DNA of 64,000 bases from an uncultured bacterium (lineage in GTDB: Bacteria; Verrucomicrobiota; Verrucomicrobiia; Limisphaerales; UBA8199), in NCBI GenBank assembly GCA_963749495.1, contig CAVVMW010000021.1, positions 64,001 to 128,000 on the forward strand. The letters run 5' to 3'. Of the stretch, positions 16,814 to 27,243 are shown one piece after another. The stretch's first letter is position 1. Each line of letters begins with the position of its first letter. Position numbers and translations under genes: made by a program. The notes under the pieces were generated by a model. That model was not told the origin of the DNA and ran no database searches. It saw nothing but the letters and a program-made list of their open reading frames with translations.

Positions 16814-18931
16814 TTAATCCGCTCGGGGAGAGTTGAGTGCCAGTGCCATTGGAATCACCGCCGGGCATCCCGCCCGACGCAGCAGCGCCGCCGCCACGGT
16901 GAACGTCCACCGCGAGTCCACCATGTCGTCCACCAGCAACACCGGCCCGCTAGGCATGAGGCCTTGCTCAACCGCAAATGCCCCATCTAGGTTTTTGACC
17001 TGCTTATAGCTGTTTTGCATCGTCTTTTGCTGTCGATTTTGTCGGACCTTGCGCAAGACCGCGGCGTACGGCACGCCCAGCTTGGCTGCCAGCCGCCTGG
17101 CAAAGTCGGGAACGAGGTGCGGATGCGTCAGGGACGGAATGCATGTCACCCAGACGGGTCTCGGGACCGGGTTCCACTGTCCGATCATCTGAATGCAGCC
17201 GTCCACGATCTCATCAGCAAACCTCTGCCCACCGTATTTGCCTTCACGGACCAACTGCCCCCACCCGGCATCGCCCCAGAGCGAAAGCGCGCGCCCTTCC
17301 TCCGCCAGCAAGGCGGCCTCGATCGTTGATCCCGGAAACCGATAGTGCTCGAATAGGTCTTTGGCAGGCCACCGCTTCCGAGGCTCCAGAGACTGGTAGC
17401 TTCGCCTCAAGTAGATTCCTGCCTGGTTCGCGAGATGCGCGTCGGCCGTTTTGGCTACCAGGTCTTTCCCGAGGCAGTTTGCACATTTGCCGCACTCGCT
17501 GGCGCTTGGATCGTCCAGCGCCCGGCCGAGGTATTTCATGAGGCACTCCTGGGTCCGCATGTATTCGATCATCACTTGCTGCTCAGCGTGCCGCAGAGCG
17601 CAGAGCCGCCGGATCTTCTCCTGATCCATTTGGTAAGCCACGGGTGTGGCGTTCCACTTCGAGCCTATTTTGGCGACTGGCGACGGTGTCTCCACTGCAA
17701 GCAGCTTGAGCGTTTTCTGAATTTCGCCGGCCGATAGATTGATCTCCTTCTGGAGCATTGGAACCGAGAGTCCGTCCTCTGCCGCGTTCAGCGCACGCAG
17801 CACATCTTCGACGTGGGCCTGCGGCGGAAAGGCCGCCCGGATGAAATAGTCTGTGATGTCTCTGTCCTCCTCACCGCCCAGTAAAATCCCGTAGGCGTGC
17901 TCCCCTGCGCGCCCAGCACGCCCCACCTGCTGGTAGTAATGCACTACGGAACCGGGGCGCTGAAAGTGGATCACGAACCCCAGGTCTGGTTTGTCAAAAC
18001 CCATGCCCAACGCCACCGTCGCCACTAGCGCCTTGACCTCGTTTCGCAGCAGTCGCTGCTCGAGTTCCTCCCGTCTCCGACTATTCGTACCGTTCGGGTC
18101 CGGGTTCTCCATCGTGTCCACCTGGGAATGGTAGGCCTCAACGTTGTGGCCATTGAGTTTCAGCCATTCGGTCACGCGCTCGGCATCTCTGACCGTCAGC
18201 GTGTAAATGATTCCGCTCCCCGGCAAGCTATTGAGGTGTTCTGCCAGCCACGCCATGCGCGCGGGCGGGCTTGGCAGCCAGATGTTCTGTAGGGCCAGGC
18301 TTTCGCGGATGAGTGGGCCGCGCACCAACGTCACGTTACCCAGTTGAGAAGCTACATCCTCCACCACACGATCGTTTGCAGTGGCGGTTGTCGCCAGGAC
18401 CGGAATGTTGTGAGGCAAGGCCTGTAACACCCGCACGATGCGCCGATAATCCGGCCTGAAATCGTGGCCCCAGTCCGAGATGCAGTGTGCTTCATCCACT
18501 ACGAAAAGTCCGATGCGATTGGCCACCTGTTGCAGCACCCGCTGGCGAAAGTCCTCATTCGCTAGTCGCTCGGGCGAGATGAGCAGAACATCCACTTCAT
18601 CCCTCGCGAGGCAGGCTTCCACCGCAGCCCAATCCGTCATGTTGGTCGAGTTAATCGTTGTCGCTCTCACTCCAATCCGAACCGCTGCCTCAACTTGGTT
18701 CCGCATAAGGGACAACAACGGCGAGATGAGCAGCGTCAAGCCCCGCCCCTGGTTTCGCAGTAGGCGCGTTCCGAGGAAGTAAACCATGCTCTTTCCCCAC
18801 CCGGTCTTTTGTACCACTAGCTGCCGCCGGCCCTGGATCACGCCCTGGATGCATTCCCATTGTCCACTTCTAAAGTCTGCCTGCTGCTGCCCGAGTGCCG
18901 TTCGCAAATAATTTAATGCTTGGTTCCTCAT
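16814..18931 (-). CDS. RecQ-like helicase with C-terminal phosphoribosyltransferase domain (RqlH/PsyrT-like)
   Basis: TGWGKS, DEAHCISDWGHDFRPDY, QQVGRAGR, Zn site C...CGKCANC, PRT motif VLLVDDMVDSRWT. Confidence 0.9.
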   Translation of the reverse strand: MRNQALNYLRTALGQQQADFRSGQWECIQGVIQGRRQLVVQKTGWGKSMVYFLGTRLLRNQGRGLTLLISPLLSLMRNQVEAAVRIGVRATTINSTNMTDWAAVEACLARDEVDVLLISPERLANEDFRQRVLQQVANRIGLFVVDEAHCISDWGHDFRPDYRRIVRVLQALPHNIPVLATTATANDRVVEDVASQLGNVTLVRGPLIRESLALQNIWLPSPPARMAWLAEHLNSLPGSGIIYTLTVRDAERVTEWLKLNGHNVEAYHSQVDTMENPDPNGTNSRRREELEQRLLRNEVKALVATVALGMGFDKPDLGFVIHFQRPGSVVHYYQQVGRAGRAGEHAYGILLGGEEDRDITDYFIRAAFPPQAHVEDVLRALNAAEDGLSVPMLQKEINLSAGEIQKTLKLLAVETPSPVAKIGSKWNATPVAYQMDQEKIRRLCALRHAEQQVMIEYMRTQECLMKYLGRALDDPSASECGKCANCLGKDLVAKTADAHLANQAGIYLRRSYQSLEPRKRWPAKDLFEHYRFPGSTIEAALLAEEGRALSLWGDAGWGQLVREGKYGGQRFADEIVDGCIQMIGQWNPVPRPVWVTCIPSLTHPHLVPDFARRLAAKLGVPYAAVLRKVRQNRQQKTMQNSYKQVKNLDGAFAVEQGLMPSGPVLLVDDMVDSRWTFTVAAALLRRAGCPAVIPMALALNSPRAD

Positions 18932-19313
18932 AGCGATTCATCCCACCACGATCGGCCCCTTCTTGAGCCTAGCCCGCAAGTCCGTTTCCGTAACGTCAAC
19001 TGATAAGAAATTGGTTTTTTGTCGGGCCGCCGGTTATTGACGCTGCGCGGGTGAGGGAGCATTGGTCTTCGGTCGCACTCACTATGGACGGATCATCCCG
19101 GAGGAGGACCAGGGTGTCAAGCTCCAAGCTTGCCGGTTTCTTGACGGTTTTTGCCCAACCCGGGGGCCTCGGCGAGGGTTGGCGGGGGCCGGGAGATGGC
19201 GGCGGTTGGGAATTGCACGGGAGCCAACCAGGCTCTGCGCTGCCCCAAGCGGGAAGATGCCGTCGCCAGGCAAGAAGACTGCCTTGGAGGCTGTCGCTTG
19301 TTGAGCGGCTTCG

Positions 19314-19555
19314 TTACTTCAGCCAGCCGATTTTGATCTCCTTCTCCACCGCTCTGAAGGCCGGGTCGCCGGTGACCAGTTCCGCGTTCCTCTGCTTGGC
19401 CAGCGCCGCGGCGAAGCAGTGGGCGCAGGACATATTGTGCGTGGCTTTGAGGATGGCCGCTTGTTTGGCGAGCGCCAGGTCGTTGCTCACGCCGATGATC
19501 TCGATGGGCAGCGAGGCGATCTCCCGGGCCTTTTCCTCGGCGGCCTGCTGAGACA
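19314..19555 (-). pseudogene. PIN-domain (VapC-like) toxin remnant
   Basis: C-terminal half only (AKQAAILKA..MSCAHCFAAALAK....LVTGD..F); no N-terminal VLD motif; conserved D replaced by H. Confidence 0.65.
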
Positions 19556-19714
19556 CCGAAGGAGTGCAGGTGTGCGCAAAACCGGCTGGGGCGGGTGCTC
19601 GAAGGGGCGGTAAGGGCATGCGCCCACGCGGCCATTGCCTGCCCGGCAGCATCGGAGGCTTTGGAGCGGTTTATTCTTGTAAAAAAGGAGTGCGTATCCT
19701 ATTGTTCAATCTTA

Positions 19715-20866
19715 ATGCTAATCCAGCGCCATCAATACCGGCAGGAGGTTGAGGCCTCTTTGCAGCAGTTCCGCGTCACCGCGCTGCTCGGTCCCAGGCA
19801 GTGCGGCAAGACCACGCTCGCGCGCCAATTCGTCACTGTTGCCGACAACTATTTCGACCTAGAGGACCCCTTGGATCTGGCCCGGCTGGAAGCCCCTCGG
19901 CAGGTGCTGAGCCGGCTCTCCGGGCTGGTGGTCATGGATGAGATCCAGCACCGCCCGGATCTTTTCCCGCTGCTGCGCGTTCTGGCCGACCGGGCAGGTT
20001 TGCCGGCACGGTTCCTGGTTCTGGGCAGCGCCTCGCCCAACCTGGTGAAGGGAGTATCCGAGTCCCTGGCCGGGCGGGTGGGTTTCGTGGACATGAGCGG
20101 GTTCGACGCCACCGAGGTGGGCTTCGACAAGTTCGACACGCTCTGGCTCCGGGGCGGGTTTCCTGAGTCGTTCTTGAGCGAGTCCGATGCCGGGAGCTTT
20201 CTATGGCGCCTGCAGTTTGTCCGCACTTTCCTGACGCGCGACATCCCGCAGCTCGGCATCACCATTCCTTCGGAGCAACTGCGGCGGTTCTGGCTCATGC
20301 TCGCCCACTATCATGGCCAGACCTGGAACGCCTCCGAGCTCGCCCGCTCGCTGGGTGTTAATTACAAGACCGCCCAAGGCTACCTCGATATCCTGACCGG
20401 GGCCTTCATGGTCCGGCAACTGCTGCCGTGGGTGGAAAACCTGGGCAAGCGCGTGCGCAAAGCTCCCAAGATTTACCTGCGTGACAGCGGGGTTTTTCAC
20501 ACCCTGATGAACCTCCGCACGCTCCCCGAACTCCAGGCCCATCCCAAGCTGGGAGCTTCCTGGGAAGGACTGGCCTTGGAACACGTGCTGCGGATCTTGA
20601 AAGTAGCCTCGGATGAAGCTTTCTCCTGGGCCACTCATGCCGGAGCCGAATTGGACTTGCTGGTCTTGCGCGGCGGGAAACGGCTCGGCTTCGAGTTCAA
20701 ATACGGAGATGCCCCGCGCACCACCAGGTCCATGCACGTGGCCTTGCACGATCTGCAACTGGCCCGGCTGTTCGTGGTCTATCCCGGGGATAAGAACTTC
20801 GCGTTGGACGACCGCATCGAAGCCGTGGCGGTGACGAACCTCGAACGCTTGGCCCTTCCAGATTAA
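19715..20866 (+). CDS. AAA_14 ATPase with DUF4143 C-terminal domain
   Basis: GPRQCGKTT, MDEIQ, LGSAS, ESLAGR, RGGFPE, PKIYLRDSG, ELDL...FEFKY. Confidence 0.9.
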   Translation: MLIQRHQYRQEVEASLQQFRVTALLGPRQCGKTTLARQFVTVADNYFDLEDPLDLARLEAPRQVLSRLSGLVVMDEIQHRPDLFPLLRVLADRAGLPARFLVLGSASPNLVKGVSESLAGRVGFVDMSGFDATEVGFDKFDTLWLRGGFPESFLSESDAGSFLWRLQFVRTFLTRDIPQLGITIPSEQLRRFWLMLAHYHGQTWNASELARSLGVNYKTAQGYLDILTGAFMVRQLLPWVENLGKRVRKAPKIYLRDSGVFHTLMNLRTLPELQAHPKLGASWEGLALEHVLRILKVASDEAFSWATHAGAELDLLVLRGGKRLGFEFKYGDAPRTTRSMHVALHDLQLARLFVVYPGDKNFALDDRIEAVAVTNLERLALPD

Positions 20867-20921
20867 TTCTGCCAACCCCCAGAATGATCCCCGTCCCCTC
20901 CGGGATGTGCCCAACCCGCCG

Positions 20922-20963
20922 GCACTCCGCATTCCGCATTCCGCACTCCGCACTCCGCACTCG
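20922..20963. repeat. Heptamer tandem repeat (GCAYTCC)x6
   Basis: Directly visible. Confidence 0.85.
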
Positions 20964-21059
20964 GAAGCCCTTGCTCCGGGCGGTTTTTCTGGTATTGTTT
21001 TGTGCCCGGGCGAGTTGCCCCGGGCGGCAGGCGAGGCCAGCGGAGGCGGAGTACCAGCC

Positions 21060-21209
21060 GGACCCCTCACCCCAACCCTCTCCCCTTCGGAAGGGGAGAG
21101 GGCGGAGCGTCGGCAGCGGCATGAGGAAGCGGACACACCCGGAAATTGCAGGGACTGCGCACGCTTCTCCCTCTCCCCTCGGAGGGGAGAGGGCCGGGGT
21201 GAGGGGTCC
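21060..21209. repeat. REP-like CCCTCACCCC-CCCTCTCCCC palindromic element (copy 1 of 3)
   Basis: Long inverted arms; homologs at 57006-57155 and 59073-59220. Confidence 0.85.
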
Positions 21210-21265
21210 AGCCGGTGCTCTGTTCCGGCCTTCGCTGACCGATCGCAGATTTTGTTAAAATTCTG

Positions 21266-21309
21266 TTGCACCGGGGGGGGCATTTGATATATTCCGCGCT
21301 CCGTTTCCC
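21266..21309 (+). promoter_or_regulatory. Sigma-70 promoter of the S10 operon
   Basis: TTGCAC-N16-TATATT with extended -10 TG, GC-rich discriminator and CTCCGTTTCCC. Confidence 0.6.
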
Positions 21310-21370
21310 TTTTTCGGGGAGCGCGAGCTTAACAGGAACCATTTATAATTTATAGACAATTGTTCTTTGT

Positions 21371-21679
21371 ATGACTGGACAACGCATTCGCATTCGACTG
21401 AAGGCCTATGACCACCGGGTCATCAACCAGTCCGCCCGCGACATCGCGGACACGGTGAAGCGCACCGGGGCGCGTGTGGCCGGGCCGATCCCGCTGCCGA
21501 CCCGCATCGAGCGGTTCACCGTCCAACGCTCCCCCCACGCGGACAAGAAATCCCAGGAGACCTTCGAACAGCGCACTCACAAGCGGCTGATCAATATTAT
21601 CGAGCCGACCGCCAAAACGGTCGATGAACTCAAGAAACTGAACCTGCCCGCCGGGGTGGACATCACGATCAAGATTTAG
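21371..21679 (+). CDS. rpsJ: 30S ribosomal protein S10
   Basis: [23 protein letters not shown]. Confidence 0.98.
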   Translation: MTGQRIRIRLKAYDHRVINQSARDIADTVKRTGARVAGPIPLPTRIERFTVQRSPHADKKSQETFEQRTHKRLINIIEPTAKTVDELKKLNLPAGVDITIKI

Positions 21680-21727
21680 GGGCCTGGCGGCGGCGCCGCC
21701 GTTTCACGATTTTAATCTCACTTTGTT

Positions 21728-22429
21728 ATGCCAGTCGGACTTTTAGGAAAGAAGCTGGGCCAGACCCGCGTCTATAACGCCAAGGGCGTGATCACCCCGG
21801 TGACCATCGTCCTGGTGGGCCCCAATCGCGTTCTCCAGTGCAAGACCGCCGAATCGGACGGCTACAGCGCCGTCCAACTGGGCTTCAGCGACCAAAAGGA
21901 GCAGCGGCTGACCCAGCCGCTGCTGGGCCACATCAAGAAATTCGCCCCCAACGGCCCCGCGGTCAGGCGCATCCGGGAATTCCGCGATTTCTCGAAAGAG
22001 GTCAAACCGGGCGACGTTGTGGGGGCCAACCTGTTTGCCCCCGGCGACTATGTGGACGCCATCGGCATCACCAAAGGGCGGGGTTTCGAGGGGGTGGTGG
22101 GCCGGCATGGCTTTCGCGGCGGCGATTCGACGCACGGGGCCAAGGGGTGGCACCGCCGCGCCGGGGCCATCGGCCAGCGCCTGTTCCCGGGCACCGTCAT
22201 GCGCGGCATGAAGATGCCCGGCCACATGGGCCAGGTCCGCCGCACCACCCAGAACCTCCAGGTCGTTCAAGTCAAGGAGGCCGACAACCTGCTGCTCATC
22301 CGGGGGGCCATTCCGGGGTCAAACGGCGATTATGTGGTGATTCGCGAGTCCAAGAAACGGCCCAAGGGCTGGAAACGGCATGCCGAGCGTCCGGAAAACA
22401 TCAAGAAGGCCGAAGGCAAGAAGAAGTGA
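21728..22429 (+). CDS. rplC: 50S ribosomal protein L3
   Basis: GKKLG, GYSAVQLG, KGRGFEG, KMPGHMG; operon position. Confidence 0.98.
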   Translation: MPVGLLGKKLGQTRVYNAKGVITPVTIVLVGPNRVLQCKTAESDGYSAVQLGFSDQKEQRLTQPLLGHIKKFAPNGPAVRRIREFRDFSKEVKPGDVVGANLFAPGDYVDAIGITKGRGFEGVVGRHGFRGGDSTHGAKGWHRRAGAIGQRLFPGTVMRGMKMPGHMGQVRRTTQNLQVVQVKEADNLLLIRGAIPGSNGDYVVIRESKKRPKGWKRHAERPENIKKAEGKKK

Positions 22430-22446
22430 TTTGACCTCCTCGAACT

Positions 22447-23079
22447 ATGAAGCTGACGATTAAAGACACCAAAGGGAACAGCCAGGGTGAATTGGAGGTC
22501 ACATTCCCCTTGGTCGAAGGCGGCAAGGGGACGCAGGCCGTTCACGACGTGGTGGTGGCCTACCAGGCCGCCCAGCGGATGGGCACCGCCAGCACCAAGA
22601 CCATGGGCGAGGTCGCCGGCACCGGCAAGAAGCCCTGGCGCCAGAAGGGGACGGGACGGGCCCGAGCCGGGTCGTTCGCATCGCCCCTGTGGCGGGGCGG
22701 CGGCGTGGTTTTCGGGCCTAAACCGCGCGATTTTGGCAAGAAAGTCTCGAGGCAGACTCGCCAACTGGCCCTGCGCAAGGCCCTTTCCGAGCGCCTGAAG
22801 GCGGGCGATATCCTCGTCCTGGACGACCTCAAGCTGGCCTCGCCCCGGACCAAGGAATTCATCGGGGTCCTTTCCGCCCTCGACCTCCAGGGCAGCGCCC
22901 TCATCGTCTCGCAGGCGACGGACAAGAACCTCACGCTGGCTTCCCGCAACGTCCCGAACGTGGCCCTGGCCACCGGCGATTCGCTCAACACCTACGACGT
23001 GTTGCGTCCGGACAAACTCGTATTCACCCGCAGCGCCTTCGAGCAGGTCCAGGCCCGCTTGAACAAGGACAAGGAATGA
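22447..23079 (+). CDS. rplD: 50S ribosomal protein L4
   Basis: [25 protein letters not shown]. Confidence 0.98.
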   Translation: MKLTIKDTKGNSQGELEVTFPLVEGGKGTQAVHDVVVAYQAAQRMGTASTKTMGEVAGTGKKPWRQKGTGRARAGSFASPLWRGGGVVFGPKPRDFGKKVSRQTRQLALRKALSERLKAGDILVLDDLKLASPRTKEFIGVLSALDLQGSALIVSQATDKNLTLASRNVPNVALATGDSLNTYDVLRPDKLVFTRSAFEQVQARLNKDKE

Positions 23080-23080
23080 C

Positions 23081-23362
23081 ATGAACCCTTTCGACATCGT
23101 CAGGACGGTGCGTTTGACCGAAAAAGGCACACGCCAGGGGGCCGACTTCAACCAGTACACCGTGATGGCCGACCCCCGGGCCAACAAGTTCCAGATCCGG
23201 CAGGCCGTGCAGGAACTCTTCAAAGTCAAGGTGGTCAGGGTCAACACCATGAACGTCCGGGGCAAACACCGGCGCCAGCGCACCAAACAGGCCGGCCAGG
23301 CCCCGGGCTGGAAGAAGGCCATCGTGACGCTCAAGGAAGGCGACAAGATCGTCCTGACCTGA
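23081..23362 (+). CDS. rplW: 50S ribosomal protein L23
   Basis: TEKG, ANKFQI, VNTMN, WKKAIVTL. Confidence 0.97.
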   Translation: MNPFDIVRTVRLTEKGTRQGADFNQYTVMADPRANKFQIRQAVQELFKVKVVRVNTMNVRGKHRRQRTKQAGQAPGWKKAIVTLKEGDKIVLT

Positions 23363-23381
23363 TCTTTTTTGAAAAAGGCTA

Positions 23382-23535
23382 TTGCATTAGTAAATTGCTT
23401 TGATATATTGCGCCCTCCGTTTCCCGCAAGGGTGCGGACAGCACAACCTGCGGAACCGATAACTGACCACCCATCCGGGGGCAGGAATGATGGCTCCGCA
23501 CTCCAAGTAGCTGACTTGGGACACGCGATTGATTT
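23382..23535 (+). promoter_or_regulatory. Internal promoter plus structured leader upstream of rplB
   Basis: TTGCAT-N16-TATATT...CTCCGTTTCCC mirrors the rpsJ promoter; hairpins CCC-GCAA-GGG, TGCGGA...TCCGCA, CCAAGT-AGCTG-ACTTGG. Confidence 0.6.
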
Positions 23536-24390
23536 ATGCCAGTGAAGACATTCAGACCGCTGACGCCGTCAACACGTTATGTAACGTTCGCGGACTACAG
23601 CGACATCACCAAGGCGAGGCCGGAGAAGGGCCTGGTCCAGACCCGTGTTCGCACGGGCGGGCGCAACGTCTACGGTCGTGTGACCGCGCGCGGCATCGGT
23701 GGCGGCCATAAACAGAAGATCCGGCTGGTGGACTTCAAGCGGAGGAAGCACGGGGTGGAGGCCGTAGTTAAGGCCATCGAGTACGACCCGCGCCGCACCG
23801 CCCGCCTGGCCTTGCTGGAATACCAGGACGGCGAAAAGACTTACATCGTCGCCCCCAACGGTCTGAAGGTGGGAGCCAAGGTCATGAGCGGGCCCAGTGC
23901 CCCGCCGGAACTGGGCAATTGCCTGCCGTTGCGCACCGTGCCGGTGGGCCTGCCCATTCACAATGTCGAAATGATCCCCGGCCGGGGCGCCCAGATGGTG
24001 CGCACCGCAGGCGGGGCCGCCACCCTGATGTCCCGCGGCGAGGGCTACGCGCAGATTCGGCTCCCCTCCGGCGAGATTCGCAGGGTCCATGAGAACTGCT
24101 GCGCCACCATTGGCCAGGTCGGCAACACCGAGCACGAGAACGTCGTCCTGGGCAAGGCCGGCCGTTCCCGGCATCGGGGCATCCGGCCCATCAACCGCGG
24201 CGTCTCGCGCAACCCGGTGGACCACCCCAACGGCGGCGGGGCCGGCAAATCCAAGTCTGGCGGCGGCTGGCAGCAGTTGACCTCCCCCTGGGGATTGCTG
24301 GCCAAAGGCTACCGCACCCGCAACAAGAAGAAATCCTCCAACCGCTTCATCCTGGTCCGCCGCGACGGCCGGCCCATGAAGCACGCATGA
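23536..24390 (+). CDS. rplB: 50S ribosomal protein L2
   Basis: GGRN, IEYDP, RLPSGE, NPVDHP. Confidence 0.98.
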   Translation: MPVKTFRPLTPSTRYVTFADYSDITKARPEKGLVQTRVRTGGRNVYGRVTARGIGGGHKQKIRLVDFKRRKHGVEAVVKAIEYDPRRTARLALLEYQDGEKTYIVAPNGLKVGAKVMSGPSAPPELGNCLPLRTVPVGLPIHNVEMIPGRGAQMVRTAGGAATLMSRGEGYAQIRLPSGEIRRVHENCCATIGQVGNTEHENVVLGKAGRSRHRGIRPINRGVSRNPVDHPNGGGAGKSKSGGGWQQLTSPWGLLAKGYRTRNKKKSSNRFILVRRDGRPMKHA

Positions 24391-24409
24391 TTCCACACTC
24401 TTAACTCCC

Positions 24410-24691
24410 ATGGGACGCTCAATTAAAAAAGGTCCGTTTGTGGACTTTCACTTGCTGGAGAAGATCCAGAAGGCCAAGGACGCCAAGTCCAAGGCCCCGA
24501 TCAAGACCTGGTCGCGGCGCTCGACGATCACCCCCGATTTCGTGGGCCTGACCTTCAGCGTACACAACGGCAAGGTCTTTAACCCGGTGTTTGTGACCGA
24601 GAACATGGTGGGCCACCGGCTGGGCGAGTTCTCCTTCACGCGCACCTTCAAGAAACACGGCGCCCACACGGCCAAGGCCGAGGCCAAGTAA
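24410..24691 (+). CDS. rpsS: 30S ribosomal protein S19
   Basis: [24 protein letters not shown]. Confidence 0.98.
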   Translation: MGRSIKKGPFVDFHLLEKIQKAKDAKSKAPIKTWSRRSTITPDFVGLTFSVHNGKVFNPVFVTENMVGHRLGEFSFTRTFKKHGAHTAKAEAK

Positions 24692-24696
24692 CCCGT

Positions 24697-25050
24697 ATGG
24701 AAGTCCACTCGATTACCCGGAACGTGCGGATGTCCCCGCAAAAGATGCGCGAGGTGGTGCGGCAGATCCAGGGCATGCCCGCCGCCCGCGCCCAGGCGGT
24801 GCTGGCCATGGTGCCCCGCAAAGGGGCGCGCGTGGTGGCCAAGACCCTCAAGTCCGCCATCGCCAATGCCGAGGACCTCAAGACCCACAAAACCGAATAC
24901 AACGGCCTGAAGACCGACCAGCTCCGCATCAAGGAGGCCGTCGCCCAGACCGCCAGCATCACGCGCCGCTTTACTCCGAAGGCCCGCGGCTCCGCCGGCC
25001 CGATCCTCAAACGCAACTGCCACGTCCGCATCACCTTGTCAGACGATTAA
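24697..25050 (+). CDS. rplV: 50S ribosomal protein L22
   Basis: SPQKMR, KSAIANA, PKARG. Confidence 0.97.
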   Translation: MEVHSITRNVRMSPQKMREVVRQIQGMPAARAQAVLAMVPRKGARVVAKTLKSAIANAEDLKTHKTEYNGLKTDQLRIKEAVAQTASITRRFTPKARGSAGPILKRNCHVRITLSDD

Positions 25051-25060
25051 TTGAACCGGT

Positions 25061-25784
25061 ATGGGCCAGAAAACCAATCCTATTGGGCTGCGCATCGCCG
25101 TCACTCATGACTGGCGCTCCAAGTGGTATGCGGGCAAGAAGGAGTTCGGCAAGCTGCTCACCGAGGACCGCGACATCCGCGAGTTGCTCAAGAAACGGCT
25201 CGAATCGGCCTCCGTGCCCCAAATCCTCATCGAGCGCGCCGCCAACCGCTGCCGCATCACCATCCTAACCGCCCGCCCCGGCATCGTCATCGGACGCAAA
25301 GGGGCCGAGATCGATAAGCTCAAGGAGGAACTGAGCCGGATGACCGGCAAAGAGATTTACGTGGACATCATCGAGGTCAAGACGCCCGAGATCGAGGCCC
25401 AGTTGGTCGCCGAGAACGTCGCCCTCCAGCTCGAGCGCCGCGTCTCGTTCCGCCGCGCGATGAAGAAGGCCATCCAAACCGCCAAGGACTTCGGCGCCGA
25501 GGGGATCAAGATCCGGTGCGCCTGCCGGTTTGGGCGGGGCTGAACTGGCCCGCGTCGAGCAATACCATTGGGGCCGCGTCCCCCTGCACACCCTGCGCGC
25601 CGACATTAACTACGGGTTTGCCGAGGCCAATACGGTGTATGGCAAACTGGGCATCAAGTGCTGGATCTGCAAAGGCGAAACCCGAAACGACAAGGCCCAG
25701 CCGGAGAGGGCCCTCAAGCCGCAGCCCCCGCCCCCGGTCCCCGTGGCGCCGCCGCCGCCGGCCCCTGAACCGGTTGCCCCGTAA
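25061..25784 (+). CDS. rpsC: 30S ribosomal protein S3 (one-base frameshift near 25530, probably a sequencing error)
   Basis: [18 protein letters not shown]; continues GGAELAR...PLHTLRA in the shifted frame. Confidence 0.95.
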
Positions 25785-25819
25785 ACCGCCCCTGGATTTT
25801 GCATTAGAAAGACCTTGTT

Positions 25820-26239
25820 ATGCCCCTCCAGCCCGAGAGAGTGAAGTATCGCAAGATGCACCGTGGCAGCCGTGCCGGCCTGGCCTGGCGCGGCCACACG
25901 GTCGCCTTCGGCGAATACGGTTTGATGGCCATGGAACGGTGCTGGCTTGACACCAAGCAGATCGAGGCCGCCCGCGTGGCGGTGGCCCGCCAGATGAAGC
26001 GCCACGGCAAGATGTGGATACGGGTTTTTCCGCAAAAGTCCTTCACCAAAAAGCCGCTGGAGACCCGCATGGGCAAGGGCAAAGGCCCCCTGGAATCCTG
26101 GGTGGCTGTCATCAGGCCCGCCAATATCCTCTTCGAGGTGGACGGCGTGACCGAGGCCGTGGCGCGCGAGTCGCTCCGCCTGGCCGCCACCAAGCTCCCC
26201 ATCAAGACCAAGTTCATCTCCCGTCACCGGGTCGGTTAG
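25820..26239 (+). CDS. rplP: 50S ribosomal protein L16
   Basis: KYRK, QIEAAR, RMGKGKG, KLPIKT. Confidence 0.98.
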   Translation: MPLQPERVKYRKMHRGSRAGLAWRGHTVAFGEYGLMAMERCWLDTKQIEAARVAVARQMKRHGKMWIRVFPQKSFTKKPLETRMGKGKGPLESWVAVIRPANILFEVDGVTEAVARESLRLAATKLPIKTKFISRHRVG

Positions 26240-26258
26240 ACCCCTGTTGCCGCCGCTC

Positions 26259-26465
26259 ATGAAAAAGACCCAACGAAAAGAGATTCAGGAAAAGACCCTG
26301 GCCGAGGCGCTGGCGGACGACCGGAACTTGCGCCAGGAGAGGTTCAACCTGCGTTTGCAGCAGGCCAGCGCGCAGCTCGAGAAGCCCGCCCGCCTGCACA
26401 TCCTGCGCCGCAATATCGCCCGTATCCAAACCCACATCTCGAAGCTCCGCAACAAACCGGCTTAG
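26259..26465 (+). CDS. rpmC: 50S ribosomal protein L29
   Basis: [15 protein letters not shown]...RRNIARIQT. Confidence 0.93.
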   Translation: MKKTQRKEIQEKTLAEALADDRNLRQERFNLRLQQASAQLEKPARLHILRRNIARIQTHISKLRNKPA

Positions 26466-26472
26466 CCTCTCT

Positions 26473-26796
26473 ATGGTCGACACTCCTTCCACCACGCCCG
26501 CCCCCGCTCCGGCCCCGGCCCCCGCCCGCGGCAAGCGCAAGGAACGCGTCGGCGAGGTGATCTCCAACCGCATGGCCAAGACCATCATCGTCCGCGTCGA
26601 GCGCCGTTTCCCCCACCCCAAGTTCAAGAAGGTCATCACCGGCTATAAGAAGTTCTGCGCCCACGACGAGACGGGCCAGGCCAAGGTGGGCGACCGGGTG
26701 CGCATCGAGGAGACCCGGCCGCTCTCCAAGACCAAACGCTGGCGCCTGGTGGCGGTCGAGCACCGGAGCCCCGGTGTCACCCCGGTCACCGCTTGA
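26473..26796 (+). CDS. rpsQ: 30S ribosomal protein S17
   Basis: [28 protein letters not shown]; Pro/Ala N-terminal extension. Confidence 0.97.
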   Translation: MVDTPSTTPAPAPAPAPARGKRKERVGEVISNRMAKTIIVRVERRFPHPKFKKVITGYKKFCAHDETGQAKVGDRVRIEETRPLSKTKRWRLVAVEHRSPGVTPVTA

Positions 26797-26854
26797 TCCC
26801 TATGTCCCAGCCGTCCCAATGAACTGATCGCCCGGCCATCCGGCGCTTCGATTT

Positions 26855-27220
26855 ATGTTACAGATACGTTCCATCCTCGATGTGGCTGACAACACCGGCG
26901 CCAAGCGCGCGGCAGCCATCGGTGTCCTCGGCCGCAACCAGCGCTACGCCCGTATTGGCGACATCATCAAGGCGCACATCAAGGAGGCCGCCCCCGACGG
27001 CACGGTCAAGAAAGGCGAGGTTGTGGACGCTGTGGTGGTGCGCACCCGCCAGACCATCCGGCGCAACGACGGCTCGTGCCTGCGTTTCGACAGCAACGCC
27101 ATCGTCATCATCGACAAGGAATTGAACCCGCGCGGCACCCGCATCTTCGGGCCCGTGGCGCGCGAGTTGCGCGACAAGAAGTTCATGAAAATCGTCTCCC
27201 TGGCGCCCGAGGTCATCTGA
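26855..27220 (+). CDS. rplN: 50S ribosomal protein L14
   Basis: [26 protein letters not shown]. Confidence 0.98.
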   Translation: MLQIRSILDVADNTGAKRAAAIGVLGRNQRYARIGDIIKAHIKEAAPDGTVKKGEVVDAVVVRTRQTIRRNDGSCLRFDSNAIVIIDKELNPRGTRIFGPVARELRDKKFMKIVSLAPEVI

Positions 27221-27243
27221 TCCACACTGCTCTACCCGTAACC

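Noticed and set aside
15495..18931. Housekeeping recQ and competence dprA
   Set aside because: PRTase tail, no HRDC domain, tight coupling and atypical composition fit RqlHI/PsyrTA better.
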